64,000 nt of DNA from Candidatus Uhrbacteria bacterium (GTDB lineage Bacteria; Patescibacteriota; Patescibacteriia; UBA9934). The stretch spans positions 15,581 through 79,580 of the forward strand of contig JABJOE010000005.1 of the NCBI GenBank assembly GCA_018664485.1, in the 5' to 3' direction. The notes under the pieces are model-generated. The model ran no database searches and was not told the origin of the DNA. It was given only the letters and a program-made list of their open reading frames with translations. Position 1 is the stretch's first letter; every line of letters starts with the position of its first letter. Below, piece by piece: positions 1 through 7,874 of the stretch. The position numbers were made by a program, and so were the translations under genes.

Positions 1-40
1 GGGTAAGCGAAACGATTGGGTGGCAAAATACAAGAATATT

Positions 41-116
41 GCCGTTGTAGCTCAGTTGGTAGAGCGCATCCATGGTAAGGATGAGGTCTCGGGTTCAAAT
101 CCCGACAACGGCTCCA
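41..116 (+). tRNA. tRNA-Thr (anticodon GGT)
   Basis: Manual cloverleaf: acceptor GCCGTTG/CAACGGC, D arm GCTC-AGTTGGTA-GAGC, anticodon stem CATCC/GGATG with loop ATGGTAA (U33, GGT, A37), T arm TCGGG-TTCAAAT-CCCGA, CCA encoded. Confidence 0.85.
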
Positions 117-282
117 TAGATTTTTAATACTTGGTCTTTTATCCCGATACTGTGTTGTGACTACGGTCCTCGACGTCGTACAGTGAGTACGACTTACTAC
201 TGTCCTCGTCACGCCTTGTATCAGAATAAAATACCAGCGTCTTAAAAACCGAAATCAGTTACGCAGGAGAAAAACATAAAAT

Positions 283-367
283 GGGTCGGTACCGAAGCGG
301 TCAAACGGGGCAGGCTGTAAACCTGCTGGCTATGCCTTCGCTGGTTCGAGTCCAGCCCGGCCCACCA
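283..367 (+). tRNA. tRNA-Tyr (anticodon GTA), type II with long variable arm
   Basis: Acceptor GGGTCGG/CCGGCCC (one G-U), anticodon stem GCAGG/CCTGC with loop CTGTAAA, long variable arm, T arm GCTGG-TTCGAGT-CCAGC, CCA encoded; 85 nt as is typical for bacterial tRNA-Tyr. Confidence 0.8.
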
Positions 368-660
368 CAAAAATCCTGAACTAGGCTATTTTCAACTCAC
401 GGGTCCCGACAGACTTCCTCAATGTACGTATAAGTACATCTCGTCGTCTACCACCCGTTCATTGAAACTATCACTAGTTCAGGGTTTTTTTTGTTTACTA
501 GATTCTTCTACCTTCCCGCTAAGCTGGACCGCTTGTTCATTGAAGCTATCACAGATTCAGAGTGTTTTTTGTTTAAGATCTTTCAAGATAATAACTTCTA
601 TTCAAGACGTTATTTTTTTATCCCATAGAAACTTGATTTGAGTCGTTTGTTAAGCTATTC

Positions 661-689
661 TTGACAAAAGCGATACTGCGTGGTAATTT
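661..689 (+). promoter_or_regulatory. sigma70-like promoter, TTGACAAAAG extended -35, 17-nt spacer, TAATTT -10
   Basis: TTGACA at 661-666, spacer 17 nt, TAATTT 684-689; same 10-mer TTGACAAAAG recurs at many intergenic sites in the window. Confidence 0.5.
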
Positions 690-843
690 ATTGCGTTCTT
701 TCGGAAGAATTTTGTCTTTAGAACATTTCAGATTGTAAGTCTGTGATGTTTTGGGGATAATCCTCAATGATACTTTCAGGGTTCGTAAATCGAACTACTG
801 ACTCACACGATCATTCTGATCGACACCCACCTACGAGGCCACT

Positions 844-1782
844 ATGGACACTCGCATGATTAACAGTCTGACGTACGACGAAACCAAGTCGCTTGCAGCC
901 TACGACGACGAGAATCCGAATGCGCGGCAGCGCGATCGAAGAGCTCATATCATTAGCATTCGTGCCATGGCACGGAAAGCCCGTAGGAAAAGGGGCTTGA
1001 GGTTACCGGCTGTGCGTCGACTTACTCCTCGACAAGGTCGTGATATGTGGCTCAGCGTTCCGACGCAAGACCATACATCCGATCCAGATCTCTTCGAGCA
1101 TATGGAGGGCAGGGCATACTGTGGACCGCGGATTGCTCACGCAATGAGCTACCAGTACCCAGAATCCGACTTCGACAGAACCAACGGCCTAGTGTCTACT
1201 CGCACACGTTGTGACCACGATGGCGCCGTTCCTGGTCGGCGGATGGCCGATGAGGAGATTGATTATGATAGGCTCTTGCTGGATGCTCAGTCACGTGCTT
1301 GCGTGGCGTTGAACAATGGCGAGTGTGAGTACAACCGGTCTCATGATGTGAGTTTGTATGTCGGCGGTGAGCATGTTCGGGTAACAAGCTGGCGAAGCCG
1401 AGATAACGGCGCACTGAACATCTTTGCATACAGCAAGTGGCTGGATGAGTTGGTGATCGACCGTGTGGCGACTAGAGCAATGGCGGACGATGTATTCGTT
1501 CCGAGGCACGTACTCCTTGCGAGTCATACCAGTTTTCTTGGAGCCACAAATTTCGATACGTGGTGGCTGAGCAGCATGGCAAAAAGGCATGGGTACAAAG
1601 ATCCTGATGGATACGCGGGTCTATATGTTGAAGAGTTAATGCCCGAGGTGATGTACGCACGCCCAGATCCTCGAAATTGGCGAAAGGGCCGTTCGTCCGC
1701 TCGCTTGAAACGAGATGATGAAGTTGAGGGTGACGTGTCTGCGACGCTCACCCAAGAGGCTACCGAGTGTGCTCCTCTGTGA
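844..1782 (+). CDS. hypothetical protein (GC-rich segment, Arg-rich N-terminus)
   Basis: 312-aa ORF in ORF track; markedly higher GC than flanks; no motif recognised; overlapped by several antisense ORFs typical of GC-rich DNA. Confidence 0.45.
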   Translation: MDTRMINSLTYDETKSLAAYDDENPNARQRDRRAHIISIRAMARKARRKRGLRLPAVRRLTPRQGRDMWLSVPTQDHTSDPDLFEHMEGRAYCGPRIAHAMSYQYPESDFDRTNGLVSTRTRCDHDGAVPGRRMADEEIDYDRLLLDAQSRACVALNNGECEYNRSHDVSLYVGGEHVRVTSWRSRDNGALNIFAYSKWLDELVIDRVATRAMADDVFVPRHVLLASHTSFLGATNFDTWWLSSMAKRHGYKDPDGYAGLYVEELMPEVMYARPDPRNWRKGRSSARLKRDDEVEGDVSATLTQEATECAPL

Positions 1783-1892
1783 GCTCGTGAAGCACTACCA
1801 CTCCGCGCGCGTCGTTCCATACTCGGGACGACGCGCTCTGTGCATAGAGCTCGATTATTCGTACTTTGCGCGCAGATTAAGTAAAATAACTG

Positions 1893-1921
1893 TTGACGAA
1901 AGTGACAGCCTGGAGCATACT
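1893..1921 (+). promoter_or_regulatory. promoter TTGACGAAAG-N-CATACT
   Basis: TTGACG 1893-1898, 17-nt spacer, CATACT 1916-1921, ~85 nt upstream of RRM gene. Confidence 0.35.
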
Positions 1922-2008
1922 TTTACTGCTCTCTTGTTAGATGGGAACCTATCGTTGGTTCCTTGTTCAAACCGAGAGAAGTCTTATTCATAGTTCGACA
2001 CTCTTGTT

Positions 2009-2260
2009 ATGAACAACAAGCTATTTGTCGGCAGTTTGCCATGGGCAGTTGATGACCAGTCTTTGAACGACCTCTTCGCTACATACGGAGAAGTTCTCTC
2101 AGCTCGTGTTGTTACTGACCGTGACTCAGGACGTTCACGTGGATTCGGTTTTGTCGAGTTCGCTGATGACGCTTCTGCACAGGCTGCCATTGATGCGATG
2201 GACGGTGCTGACGTCGAAGGACGCAACATCACAGTTTCCGTTGCAAAGCCAAAGGAATAA
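2009..2260 (+). CDS. RRM-type RNA-binding protein (RNP-1 RGFGFVEF, RNP-2 LFVGSL)
   Basis: 83-aa ORF with canonical RNP-2 (LFVGSL) and RNP-1 (RGFGFVEF) motifs of bacterial glycine-poor/RRM RNA-binding proteins. Confidence 0.85.
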   Translation: MNNKLFVGSLPWAVDDQSLNDLFATYGEVLSARVVTDRDSGRSRGFGFVEFADDASAQAAIDAMDGADVEGRNITVSVAKPKE

Positions 2261-2276
2261 ATTTGGTAAACAAAAC

Positions 2277-2299
2277 GAGGCCGCAAGGTCTCTTTTTGT
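2277..2299 (+). terminator. rho-independent terminator GAGGCC-GCAA-GGTCTC + T5
   Basis: 6-bp GC stem with GNRA loop followed by TTTTTGT immediately after RRM gene stop. Confidence 0.7.
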
Positions 2300-2541
2300 A
2301 ATCTAGAATATATTATTGGGCCAGTAATTCACTCCTGCGGTGAATTGCTTAAAACTTCGGCCATGGTATCTTGTTAAGAATTTCCTGGATTGCAGGCGTA
2401 GAGTCCATATTGGCGTTTTGTTTATGGGAGGGAGGGGGTTAGAATGAGGGAATAATAGCTTATTTATAAGTAGTTAACTATTGCCAATAATGGTCAAATC
2501 GGCTACTATCATGTCGCATTGAGTGATGTGTATTATCTTAT

Positions 2542-2632
2542 AGGGGAGTAGCTCAGCTGGTAGTCCAGCCCCTCATGAGAGGCTGGATTCAGTAGAGGTC
2601 TCCACCCAGCCCTTCTAGAAGAGCTGGGTCCA
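2542..2632 (+). pseudogene. truncated 5' copy of tRNA-Trp (acceptor 5' strand, D arm, anticodon stem-loop) with two hairpin insertions; no T arm or 3' acceptor
   Basis: 2542-2563 AGGGGAGTAGCTCAGCTGGTAG matches tRNA-Trp 2901-2922 (21/22); GTAGAGGTCTCCA conserved; insert 1 TCCAGCC-N10-GGCTGGA (2564-2587) in D-loop; insert 2 CCCAGC-N12-GCTGGG (2605-2628) splits anticodon loop with TCCA/TCCAA flanking duplication; nothing downstream can form T arm. Confidence 0.6.
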
Positions 2633-2645
2633 AGACCACGTTTAC

Positions 2646-2894
2646 ATGTTCTATGTCTATTTGTTAAAAAGTGATCGGGGTACAATGTATATAGGGTATA
2701 CATCGGACCTTGTGCGAAGGGTTGCTGAACATAAAAATAGATCAGTATTTTTTACTAAAAGACATAAACGATGGGACCTGGTCTATTACGAGGCTTACCT
2801 CACGAAGGCGGCTGCACAAGATCGGGAAAGAAAGTTGAAACAATATGGATCGGCTTACCATGGCCTGTTAAGGCGAGTAGACGAAAATAGATAG
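2646..2894 (+). CDS. GIY-YIG nuclease family protein (YhbQ/COG2827-like, 82 aa)
   Basis: FYVYLLKS...YIGYTSDLVRRVAEH...LVYYE pattern of stand-alone GIY-YIG domain proteins. Confidence 0.8.
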   Translation: MFYVYLLKSDRGTMYIGYTSDLVRRVAEHKNRSVFFTKRHKRWDLVYYEAYLTKAAAQDRERKLKQYGSAYHGLLRRVDENR

Positions 2895-2900
2895 TATTAT

Positions 2901-2976
2901 AGGGGAGTAGCTCAGTTGGTAGAGTAGAGGTCTCCAAAACCTTTGGTCGCAGGTTCAAGTCCTGTCTCCCCTGCCA
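2901..2976 (+). tRNA. tRNA-Trp (anticodon CCA)
   Basis: Acceptor AGGGGAG/CTCCCCT perfect, D arm GCTC-AGTTGGTA-GAGT, anticodon stem GAGGT/ACCTT loop CTCCAAA (U33, CCA, A37), T arm GCAGG-TTCAAGT-CCTGT, discriminator G, CCA encoded; 76 nt. Confidence 0.8.
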
Positions 2977-2998
2977 CGTCGGTCGCGACCGACGTGGC
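2973..2998. repeat. 26-nt perfect palindrome GCCACGTCGGTCGCGACCGACGTGGC overlapping tRNA-Trp 3' end, flanked by direct repeat CCTGCCACGT
   Basis: Sequence equals its own reverse complement; CCTGCCACGT at 2970-2979 and 2998-3007. Confidence 0.7.
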
Positions 2999-3144
2999 CT
3001 GCCACGTAAAGCACGTAGGTCACACGAAACATCGTTCTTAAACGGTGTGGTATGCCACGCGTTTAGCGTTACGGGTCACAAAGTCGCGCCAACATGACAG
3101 CAAGAGAGCGCCGCAAGGCGTTCTTTTGTTATAATGAGATCATT

Positions 3145-3405
3145 ATGTGGTATTTCTACGTCTTACAATCCCAGAAGGAACCTGATTATTTTTACAAAGG
3201 TTCCACTGGCAATTTAGAGAACAGACTTATAAAACACAATGCTGGTGATGTCATCTCTACGAAGCCGAGGCGGCCCTGGAAGCTTGTTTATTATGAAGCA
3301 TATATTTCTGAAAAGACGGCTCGTCTTCGTGAGAGGTCTGTAAAGAGAAGTGGGTCGATATCCGTGCCATTACTACGTCGTATTAAGGCGAGTCTTGAGG
3401 AATAG
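3145..3405 (+). CDS. GIY-YIG nuclease family protein, second paralog (start taken at MWYFYVLQS)
   Basis: YFYVLQS...YKGSTGNLENRLIKHN...KLVYYEAY; same family as 2646..2894; ORF track ORF 3094..3405 trimmed to internal Met preceding GIY motif. Confidence 0.7.
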   Translation: MWYFYVLQSQKEPDYFYKGSTGNLENRLIKHNAGDVISTKPRRPWKLVYYEAYISEKTARLRERSVKRSGSISVPLLRRIKASLEE

Positions 3406-3422
3406 CAGTTTTTTATTTCACG

Positions 3423-3439
3423 GACAGGACTTGAACCTG
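3423..3439 (-). repeat. inverted 17-nt copy of tRNA-Trp T-arm (CAGGTTCAAGTCCTGTC) without a complete tRNA
   Basis: Reverse complement of 3423-3439 is identical to 2952-2968 of tRNA-Trp; flanks cannot be folded into acceptor/D/anticodon arms. Confidence 0.55.
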
Positions 3440-3510
3440 GGTGTGGTACGAACTTCTCAAGTATCTTGCGTTTTATGGTAAACTTTTATTCTAATTAGAT
3501 ATATGCCCTT

Positions 3511-4266
3511 ATGTTTGGACGAAAAAAGAAGTTACTATCATGTGATGGGTGCGGGTATCCTCTAGAGAGGATGGGGCATGGGGAGAATTGCCCGGTGTTG
3601 CTTCGTGAGGATCCTAACGCTCGAAAACAAACCGTTGATAATTGGATTGATAGTATAAAAAATGGGTATATAGGCCATGTAATACCTAGTGATCGATATG
3701 AGGGCATCATCTCAACAGAAGATATTTTATATAGGGCGGGTGGAAAAATTGAAGTACCATTGGAGGCATTTGAGGAGGCGGCAAGAACAAGTAAGTTGGA
3801 TGACTATATCGCTCAATTGCCTGAAGCGCTAGAAAAGCTGGGTCTTGATGTTGAAGTGTATATGAAGGCCGCAGTTTTAGCTCATCTAGATGTTATTGAA
3901 GAGGGTGAGATTACTGTCATTGTAATGAAAGAGCTGATGAATGCGTATCCAGCAGTGGTTCGGTTTTACGATGAACCGAAAATCCAAAAATACCTAAAAA
4001 ATGACTTGGACTTGGATCTTTTTAAACGGCGTGATCAGCAGCTTACTTCTGAGCATTTAAATAGAATTAGAAATATTTTCGAAACGTTTCCTATAACTTC
4101 AGAGCTACGTGCGGAGGCGGTGAGCGAAGCGATGAATTATCTTAAAGATTTAGGTAGGTATGATGATGGTGAGTATAATGAAGAGAATTGGTTTTTCGCT
4201 AATGTTTCAAAAGAGTCGCTCATGCAGTTGTTAGATGATATTCTAGAGGGTGAGGGCACAGAGTAG
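3511..4266 (+). CDS. hypothetical protein
   Basis: 251-aa ORF, low-GC, N-terminal CxxC-containing region, no recognised family. Confidence 0.5.
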   Translation: MFGRKKKLLSCDGCGYPLERMGHGENCPVLLREDPNARKQTVDNWIDSIKNGYIGHVIPSDRYEGIISTEDILYRAGGKIEVPLEAFEEAARTSKLDDYIAQLPEALEKLGLDVEVYMKAAVLAHLDVIEEGEITVIVMKELMNAYPAVVRFYDEPKIQKYLKNDLDLDLFKRRDQQLTSEHLNRIRNIFETFPITSELRAEAVSEAMNYLKDLGRYDDGEYNEENWFFANVSKESLMQLLDDILEGEGTE

Positions 4267-4305
4267 GATTTGTACGTACGATCCTACTAAAAATGGTTTT
4301 CCGAT

Positions 4306-4337
4306 AATCTTCACGAGGAATCGTGGAGATTTTTTGT
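4306..4337 (+). terminator. rho-independent terminator ATCTTCACG-AGGAAT-CGTGGAGAT + T6 (copy 1 of a 32-nt repeated terminator)
   Basis: 9-bp stem (one G-U) + TTTTTTGTT; near-identical copy at 4897-4928. Confidence 0.7.
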
Positions 4338-4377
4338 TTGTGATTATGCTTTAAATTGTACGTCTTTAGCCCAATAG

Positions 4378-4406
4378 GTTGACAAAAGCCTGTTTTTTTG
4401 CTATAT
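4378..4406 (+). promoter_or_regulatory. promoter TTGACAAAAG-N13-TATATT
   Basis: TTGACA 4378-4383, 17-nt spacer, TATATT 4401-4406; AGGAAA RBS-like before ATG 4445. Confidence 0.55.
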
Positions 4407-4444
4407 TATTTTGTTCTTTCAACCATCAAACCCAAGTAGGAAAC

Positions 4445-4762
4445 ATGGAAACTGTAGCAGTCGTGCATAGTAATGATGTGGGTGTCTTCGTCAGGGATGG
4501 CCTTTACATTTCGAGTGTCGAAGGCCCGCGAGACCAGTCACGCACTGTCACTTTTCCAGATGGTACCCGTACCATGCGTGCTACTACCCATCAGCAAGAA
4601 AATTGTACTCTGTGGGTGACCACAGGTGGTCGGGTGTACTGTCAGGGCTATCGCAGACCCGGCAATCCAACCCGCAGGCTCAGGTCCTACAATCAAGACA
4701 CTCTCCATGATCTGTTCGGTTCCCTCATCCTCCCACGTGATTTCTGGGGGCTCCGTACTTGA
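4445..4762 (+). CDS. hypothetical protein (GC-rich cassette; start at METVAVVH)
   Basis: ORF 4379..4762 trimmed to ATG 4445 downstream of promoter/RBS; by-eye GC clearly above the flanks (not computed); no known motif. Confidence 0.45.
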   Translation: METVAVVHSNDVGVFVRDGLYISSVEGPRDQSRTVTFPDGTRTMRATTHQQENCTLWVTTGGRVYCQGYRRPGNPTRRLRSYNQDTLHDLFGSLILPRDFWGLRT

Positions 4763-4896
4763 TTCGCACTAAGCCGCACCATATAGAGATCGCTTCGGCG
4801 CCTCCTCTCCGGTGCGGTCTTCTATTTGAAATATTTATGGGTAGTGTAAAGTTCGAGCGGTAGTTATAGATTATTCAGATGGCGAGAGCTAAAATC

Positions 4897-4928
4897 ATCT
4901 TCACGAGAAATCGTGGAGATTTTTTGTT
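4897..4928 (+). terminator. rho-independent terminator (copy 2 of repeated terminator)
   Basis: ATCTTCACG-AGAAAT-CGTGGAGAT + TTTTTGTT; one substitution in loop relative to copy 1. Confidence 0.7.
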
Positions 4929-4941
4929 ATACTGCCCAACG

Positions 4942-5632
4942 TATGAAACCTTATCAAGAATACCTAGAAGGGACTGAGGAGATATTGAAAGCTAGTAGAG
5001 CTGAAACAGATAGGTACGAGACTGAGGTGCTTGGACGTAATTTTATAGTTCATCCGAATGTATTCTCGCCAAAGTATTTCAAGGATACGGAGCCGTTTGC
5101 AAAACATCTGCCAATAACAGAAGGACAGACAATGCTTGAGATAGGTCCTGGTACAGGTGCTGTATCTATTACGGCGGTCCATAGGGGCGCAAAGCATGTA
5201 ACAGCAATCGACATCAATTCATCTGCTGTTGCTAACGTGCGAGAGAACATCCAGCTTCACAATATGCAAGACCAGATCGATGTCCGCTTTGGCGATGTAT
5301 ATAGTGCTCTTCAGCCTAATGAAAAGTTCGACGTGATTTTTTGGAATACTCCATTCGGTCTCATCCCAGATAACGCCGAGATTACAGATTTACAGAGGTC
5401 AGTTTATGATCCTGGCTATATGGCTACGGAGCGGTTTATTTTGGACGCAAAGCAGCACCTTAATCCAGGCGGAGTCGTTTATATAGGGTTTAGTTCAACT
5501 TTGGGTAAGTTGGACTTAATTGAGTCCTTTGCGGAAAGGTCAGGCTTTACTTTGAAAAAGATATTTGAAATAGATTCAACGGAGAAGCATCAGGTGAAGT
5601 TTGAGATTTTCAAAGCTGAACTGAGAACATAA
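4942..5632 (+). CDS. class I SAM-dependent methyltransferase (HemK/RsmC-like N-methyltransferase; motif I LEIGPGTG, motif IV NTPF)
   Basis: GxGxG SAM-binding motif and D-V-I-F-W-N-T-P-F (NPPF/NPPY-type) motif; track ORF start 4913 lies inside terminator hairpin so start moved to ATG 4942 (MKPYQEY). Confidence 0.7.
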
Positions 5633-5642
5633 TAATTTAGCT

Positions 5643-6017
5643 ATGAAACTTCAAGGAATAACTGTAAAAGAGATTGAGCTGACACCAGCTATAGAAGAAT
5701 ACGTTCTTAAGCGTGTTGCTAAATTGTCGAAAATTTGTCAAAAAGAGAAATCTGCAACTATACGTGTGGAACTTGGTGAGCGACCCTCGCAGCACAGGGG
5801 TGTTGGAGATAGCTTTTACGCTGAATTGGACGTTACTATCAAGGATCAACATTTTAACGTCAAGAAACATAACCCAAATATATATAGGGCGATCGAGAAG
5901 GCTAGGGTAGATATGCACCAAAAGATAATCAAATGGAAGAAAAAGGATTTGAGCACTCAGCGAAAAAACGGTGCAGAAATTAAGAAATTCCTTAGGTCTG
6001 CTGATTACAATGAATAG
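5643..6017 (+). CDS. hpf: ribosome hibernation promoting factor (HPF/RaiA/YfiA family), copy 1
   Basis: MKLQGITVKEIELTPAIEEYVLKRVAKL... matches short-form HPF N-terminal pattern (I.GKN.E.T.A...YV..K..KL). Confidence 0.6.
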   Translation: MKLQGITVKEIELTPAIEEYVLKRVAKLSKICQKEKSATIRVELGERPSQHRGVGDSFYAELDVTIKDQHFNVKKHNPNIYRAIEKARVDMHQKIIKWKKKDLSTQRKNGAEIKKFLRSADYNE

Positions 6018-6085
6018 ATGAGATCTACTTTGCCGCTCATCGGGTAGCCGGTATACTGTAATCATTAAATAAGTAATCGTATTTT

Positions 6086-6340
6086 ATGAAAGGTTCACCT
6101 TGTAAAGCTTGCGCGATCTGTACGTGGGTTCTTGTAGTGGCTGGAGTTCATCTTGGTCTTATGGGGGTCTTCGAGTGGGATCTGCTCGGGACGGTCGCCG
6201 GAGATTCAGCTTCATTCCTACGCGTTATGTACATCATAATCGGTGTTGCTGCAGTTGGAATTGCTGCAAAGTCCTTGGGAATGTGTAAGAATTGTAAAAT
6301 GGGTTGCGGTGGTGACGCGTGCAAGCACGGAAAGAAGTAG
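6086..6340 (+). CDS. DUF378 (YuzA-like) small membrane protein
   Basis: Two TM helices with LVVAGVHLGLMGVFEWDLLG and IIIGVAAVGIA signature resembling DUF378. Confidence 0.6.
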   Translation: MKGSPCKACAICTWVLVVAGVHLGLMGVFEWDLLGTVAGDSASFLRVMYIIIGVAAVGIAAKSLGMCKNCKMGCGGDACKHGKK

Positions 6341-6365
6341 TTAGATTTCAGAAGTTATAGAAGAT

Positions 6366-6394
6366 CCCGCTTGGAAGAGCGGGGTTTTCTTTTG
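6366..6394 (+). terminator. rho-independent terminator CCCGCT-TGGAAG-AGCGGG + T-run
   Basis: GC hairpin then TTTTCTTTTG after DUF378 gene. Confidence 0.7.
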
Positions 6395-6430
6395 TTAATA
6401 AATAATTAGTTTGTGATACCATGTGTCCAT

Positions 6431-6832
6431 ATGAAAAAGAGTATAGTTTTTATTATTGGAATTTTTGTTGGGGCAGTGTCCGTGTTCCTTTTATTCCAAT
6501 ACATTCAAGTCAATACTCCCTTCATAGTAGGTCCGATTCAATTTACATGTGAATATAGCGGCGGGGTTTTTAAGGGCGATGTTTGCGTCTGTCCAATTGA
6601 AGAACAGTTAGGACAAACGCAAGAGATGATGTACGACGAATCAACTGGGTACTGCCAAACGACATATGGCGGTCCAGGGGGGGATGCAAGTAACGTGCTC
6701 CTTGGTTTTGAATACTTTTTTAGCATCGTTGAATATAATTGTAATGAAAGCGGTGGCATTTCTCATACATATTCAAGGTGTCAGTGCCCAGATGGGTCGG
6801 AGTATGATAAAGATACCGGATATTGTTCCTAG
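6431..6832 (+). CDS. secreted/membrane-anchored Cys-rich hypothetical protein (start at MKKSIVF)
   Basis: N-terminal hydrophobic segment then 12 Cys; no known domain. Confidence 0.5.
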   Translation: MKKSIVFIIGIFVGAVSVFLLFQYIQVNTPFIVGPIQFTCEYSGGVFKGDVCVCPIEEQLGQTQEMMYDESTGYCQTTYGGPGGDASNVLLGFEYFFSIVEYNCNESGGISHTYSRCQCPDGSEYDKDTGYCS

Positions 6833-6856
6833 GATTATATTTTGATCATTGAAAAA

Positions 6857-6886
6857 CCCCGTTCCAAGGAGCGGGGTTTTTCTTTT
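6857..6886 (+). terminator. rho-independent terminator CCCCGTTCC-aa-GGAGCGGGG + T5
   Basis: hairpin plus TTTTTCTTTTG. Confidence 0.7.
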
Positions 6887-6984
6887 GTATTGATTGTTGC
6901 CCTGGTATTAAGAGTTTGATGTATGTAGAGTGAATATATATGAAACGAAGCGTGAATTAACTTATACAAAATAAGGATGGCGAC

Positions 6985-7338
6985 ATGCTGCTTCAGTTGC
7001 GGGATGATAAAGAGGAGATTTGCAATCCGCTTATGTGGAATTTTTTTGGTGGGAAGATTGAGGACGGTGAAAGCGTTTATGACTGTGCAGTACGTGAGTT
7101 GAATGAGGAGCTATGTGTAAGTGTTGATGTTGATCAGTTTGAATTACTGATGACTTCAGGGTTTGAGAGCTCTGGAGAAGTGACTTTATTGAAATTACTT
7201 AAACCGCTGAGCTTGAGAGAAGTTGAATTGAAAGAGGGGTGCGGCTTAGCATTTGTGTCGTCAGCAAGCGCTCTTAAGATGAATATAACGTTAGCAACAC
7301 GGTATTTTATAGAACACATAATTGTGAAAGAACTTTAA
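6985..7338 (+). CDS. NUDIX hydrolase domain protein, N-terminally short (possibly truncated)
   Basis: Nudix box GGKIEDGESVYDCAVRELNEELCV (Gx5Ex7REUxEExGU with C for G); box begins at residue 21, upstream in-frame stop at 6958 prevents extension. Confidence 0.5.
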   Translation: MLLQLRDDKEEICNPLMWNFFGGKIEDGESVYDCAVRELNEELCVSVDVDQFELLMTSGFESSGEVTLLKLLKPLSLREVELKEGCGLAFVSSASALKMNITLATRYFIEHIIVKEL

Positions 7339-7409
7339 AACGAAAACCGCCCATGACAAGCGCCAGGGGCGGTCGTCGGGGGCGGCGAGGGAACTGCGTG
7401 GGGACGGAA

Positions 7410-7670
7410 TCAGGCTCCCAGCTCATCGAGACATTCATCAACGAGGCTCTTGATATCTTTGTCGACATCAGCGAGCTGGCTGAATGGGGCAAGCGCCTTG
7501 CGAACATCTGCCAGTGAGGTGAAGCGGAGGGTCACGAGCGGCCATTTTACCACCACTCCGTGCGTTCCTCTTCCGCCGTCTGTGACACTGACTCGTGCCT
7601 CTATCCGAACATTGGTGGCTACGTATACCCATCCAGTCAATTCTGCATGGGAGGGTTCTTGGTGGGCCAT
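7410..7670 (-). CDS. hypothetical protein (GC-rich island)
   Basis: Track ORF 7410..7739 trimmed to Met (MAHQEP) downstream of minus-strand promoter 7711-7740. Confidence 0.4.
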   Translation of the reverse strand: MAHQEPSHAELTGWVYVATNVRIEARVSVTDGGRGTHGVVVKWPLVTLRFTSLADVRKALAPFSQLADVDKDIKSLVDECLDELGA

Positions 7671-7710
7671 GGGATCTCCGTGGGTGGATTTGCTTACGTG
7701 TTGGTAGGAT

Positions 7711-7740
7711 AATCTATCACAAAAAAGCCCTTTTGTCAAG
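7711..7740 (-). promoter_or_regulatory. promoter TTGACAAAAG-N13-TAGATT (minus strand)
   Basis: complement of 7735-7740 = TTGACA; 17-nt spacer; TAGATT = complement of 7711-7716. Confidence 0.5.
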
Positions 7741-7874
7741 GTATATAGGGTTAATGCGCAATAATAGAGTTATCAAAAACACCACCTTAATAAGGTGGTG
7801 TTTGGCGCTAGAAACACAATGGCGCTGTACAGGGGGAGTTACCCGCTGCACAGCGCCAGAAGCGACCGAGTCGC

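Noticed and set aside
1196-1820. Four antisense ORFs overlapping 844..1782, and similar overlapping ORFs in other GC-rich islands (e.g. 24150-25102, 39265-39985, 43159-43530)
   Set aside because: Multiple open frames are expected in GC-rich DNA. Only the longest, promoter- and RBS-supported frame is retained in each island.
3405-3500. A complete minus-strand tRNA downstream of the second GIY-YIG gene
   Set aside because: Only the 17-nt T-arm segment matches. No acceptor, D or anticodon arms can be folded, so it is called a fragment.
4913-4941. The ORF-track start at 4913 for the methyltransferase
   Set aside because: The ATG lies inside the terminator hairpin and T-run of the repeated terminator. 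The downstream ATG 4942 is used instead.
6940-6984. Extending the NUDIX gene upstream to recover a full-length N-terminus
   Set aside because: An in-frame TAA stop at 6958-6960 blocks extension. The gene stays as a short or truncated NUDIX.
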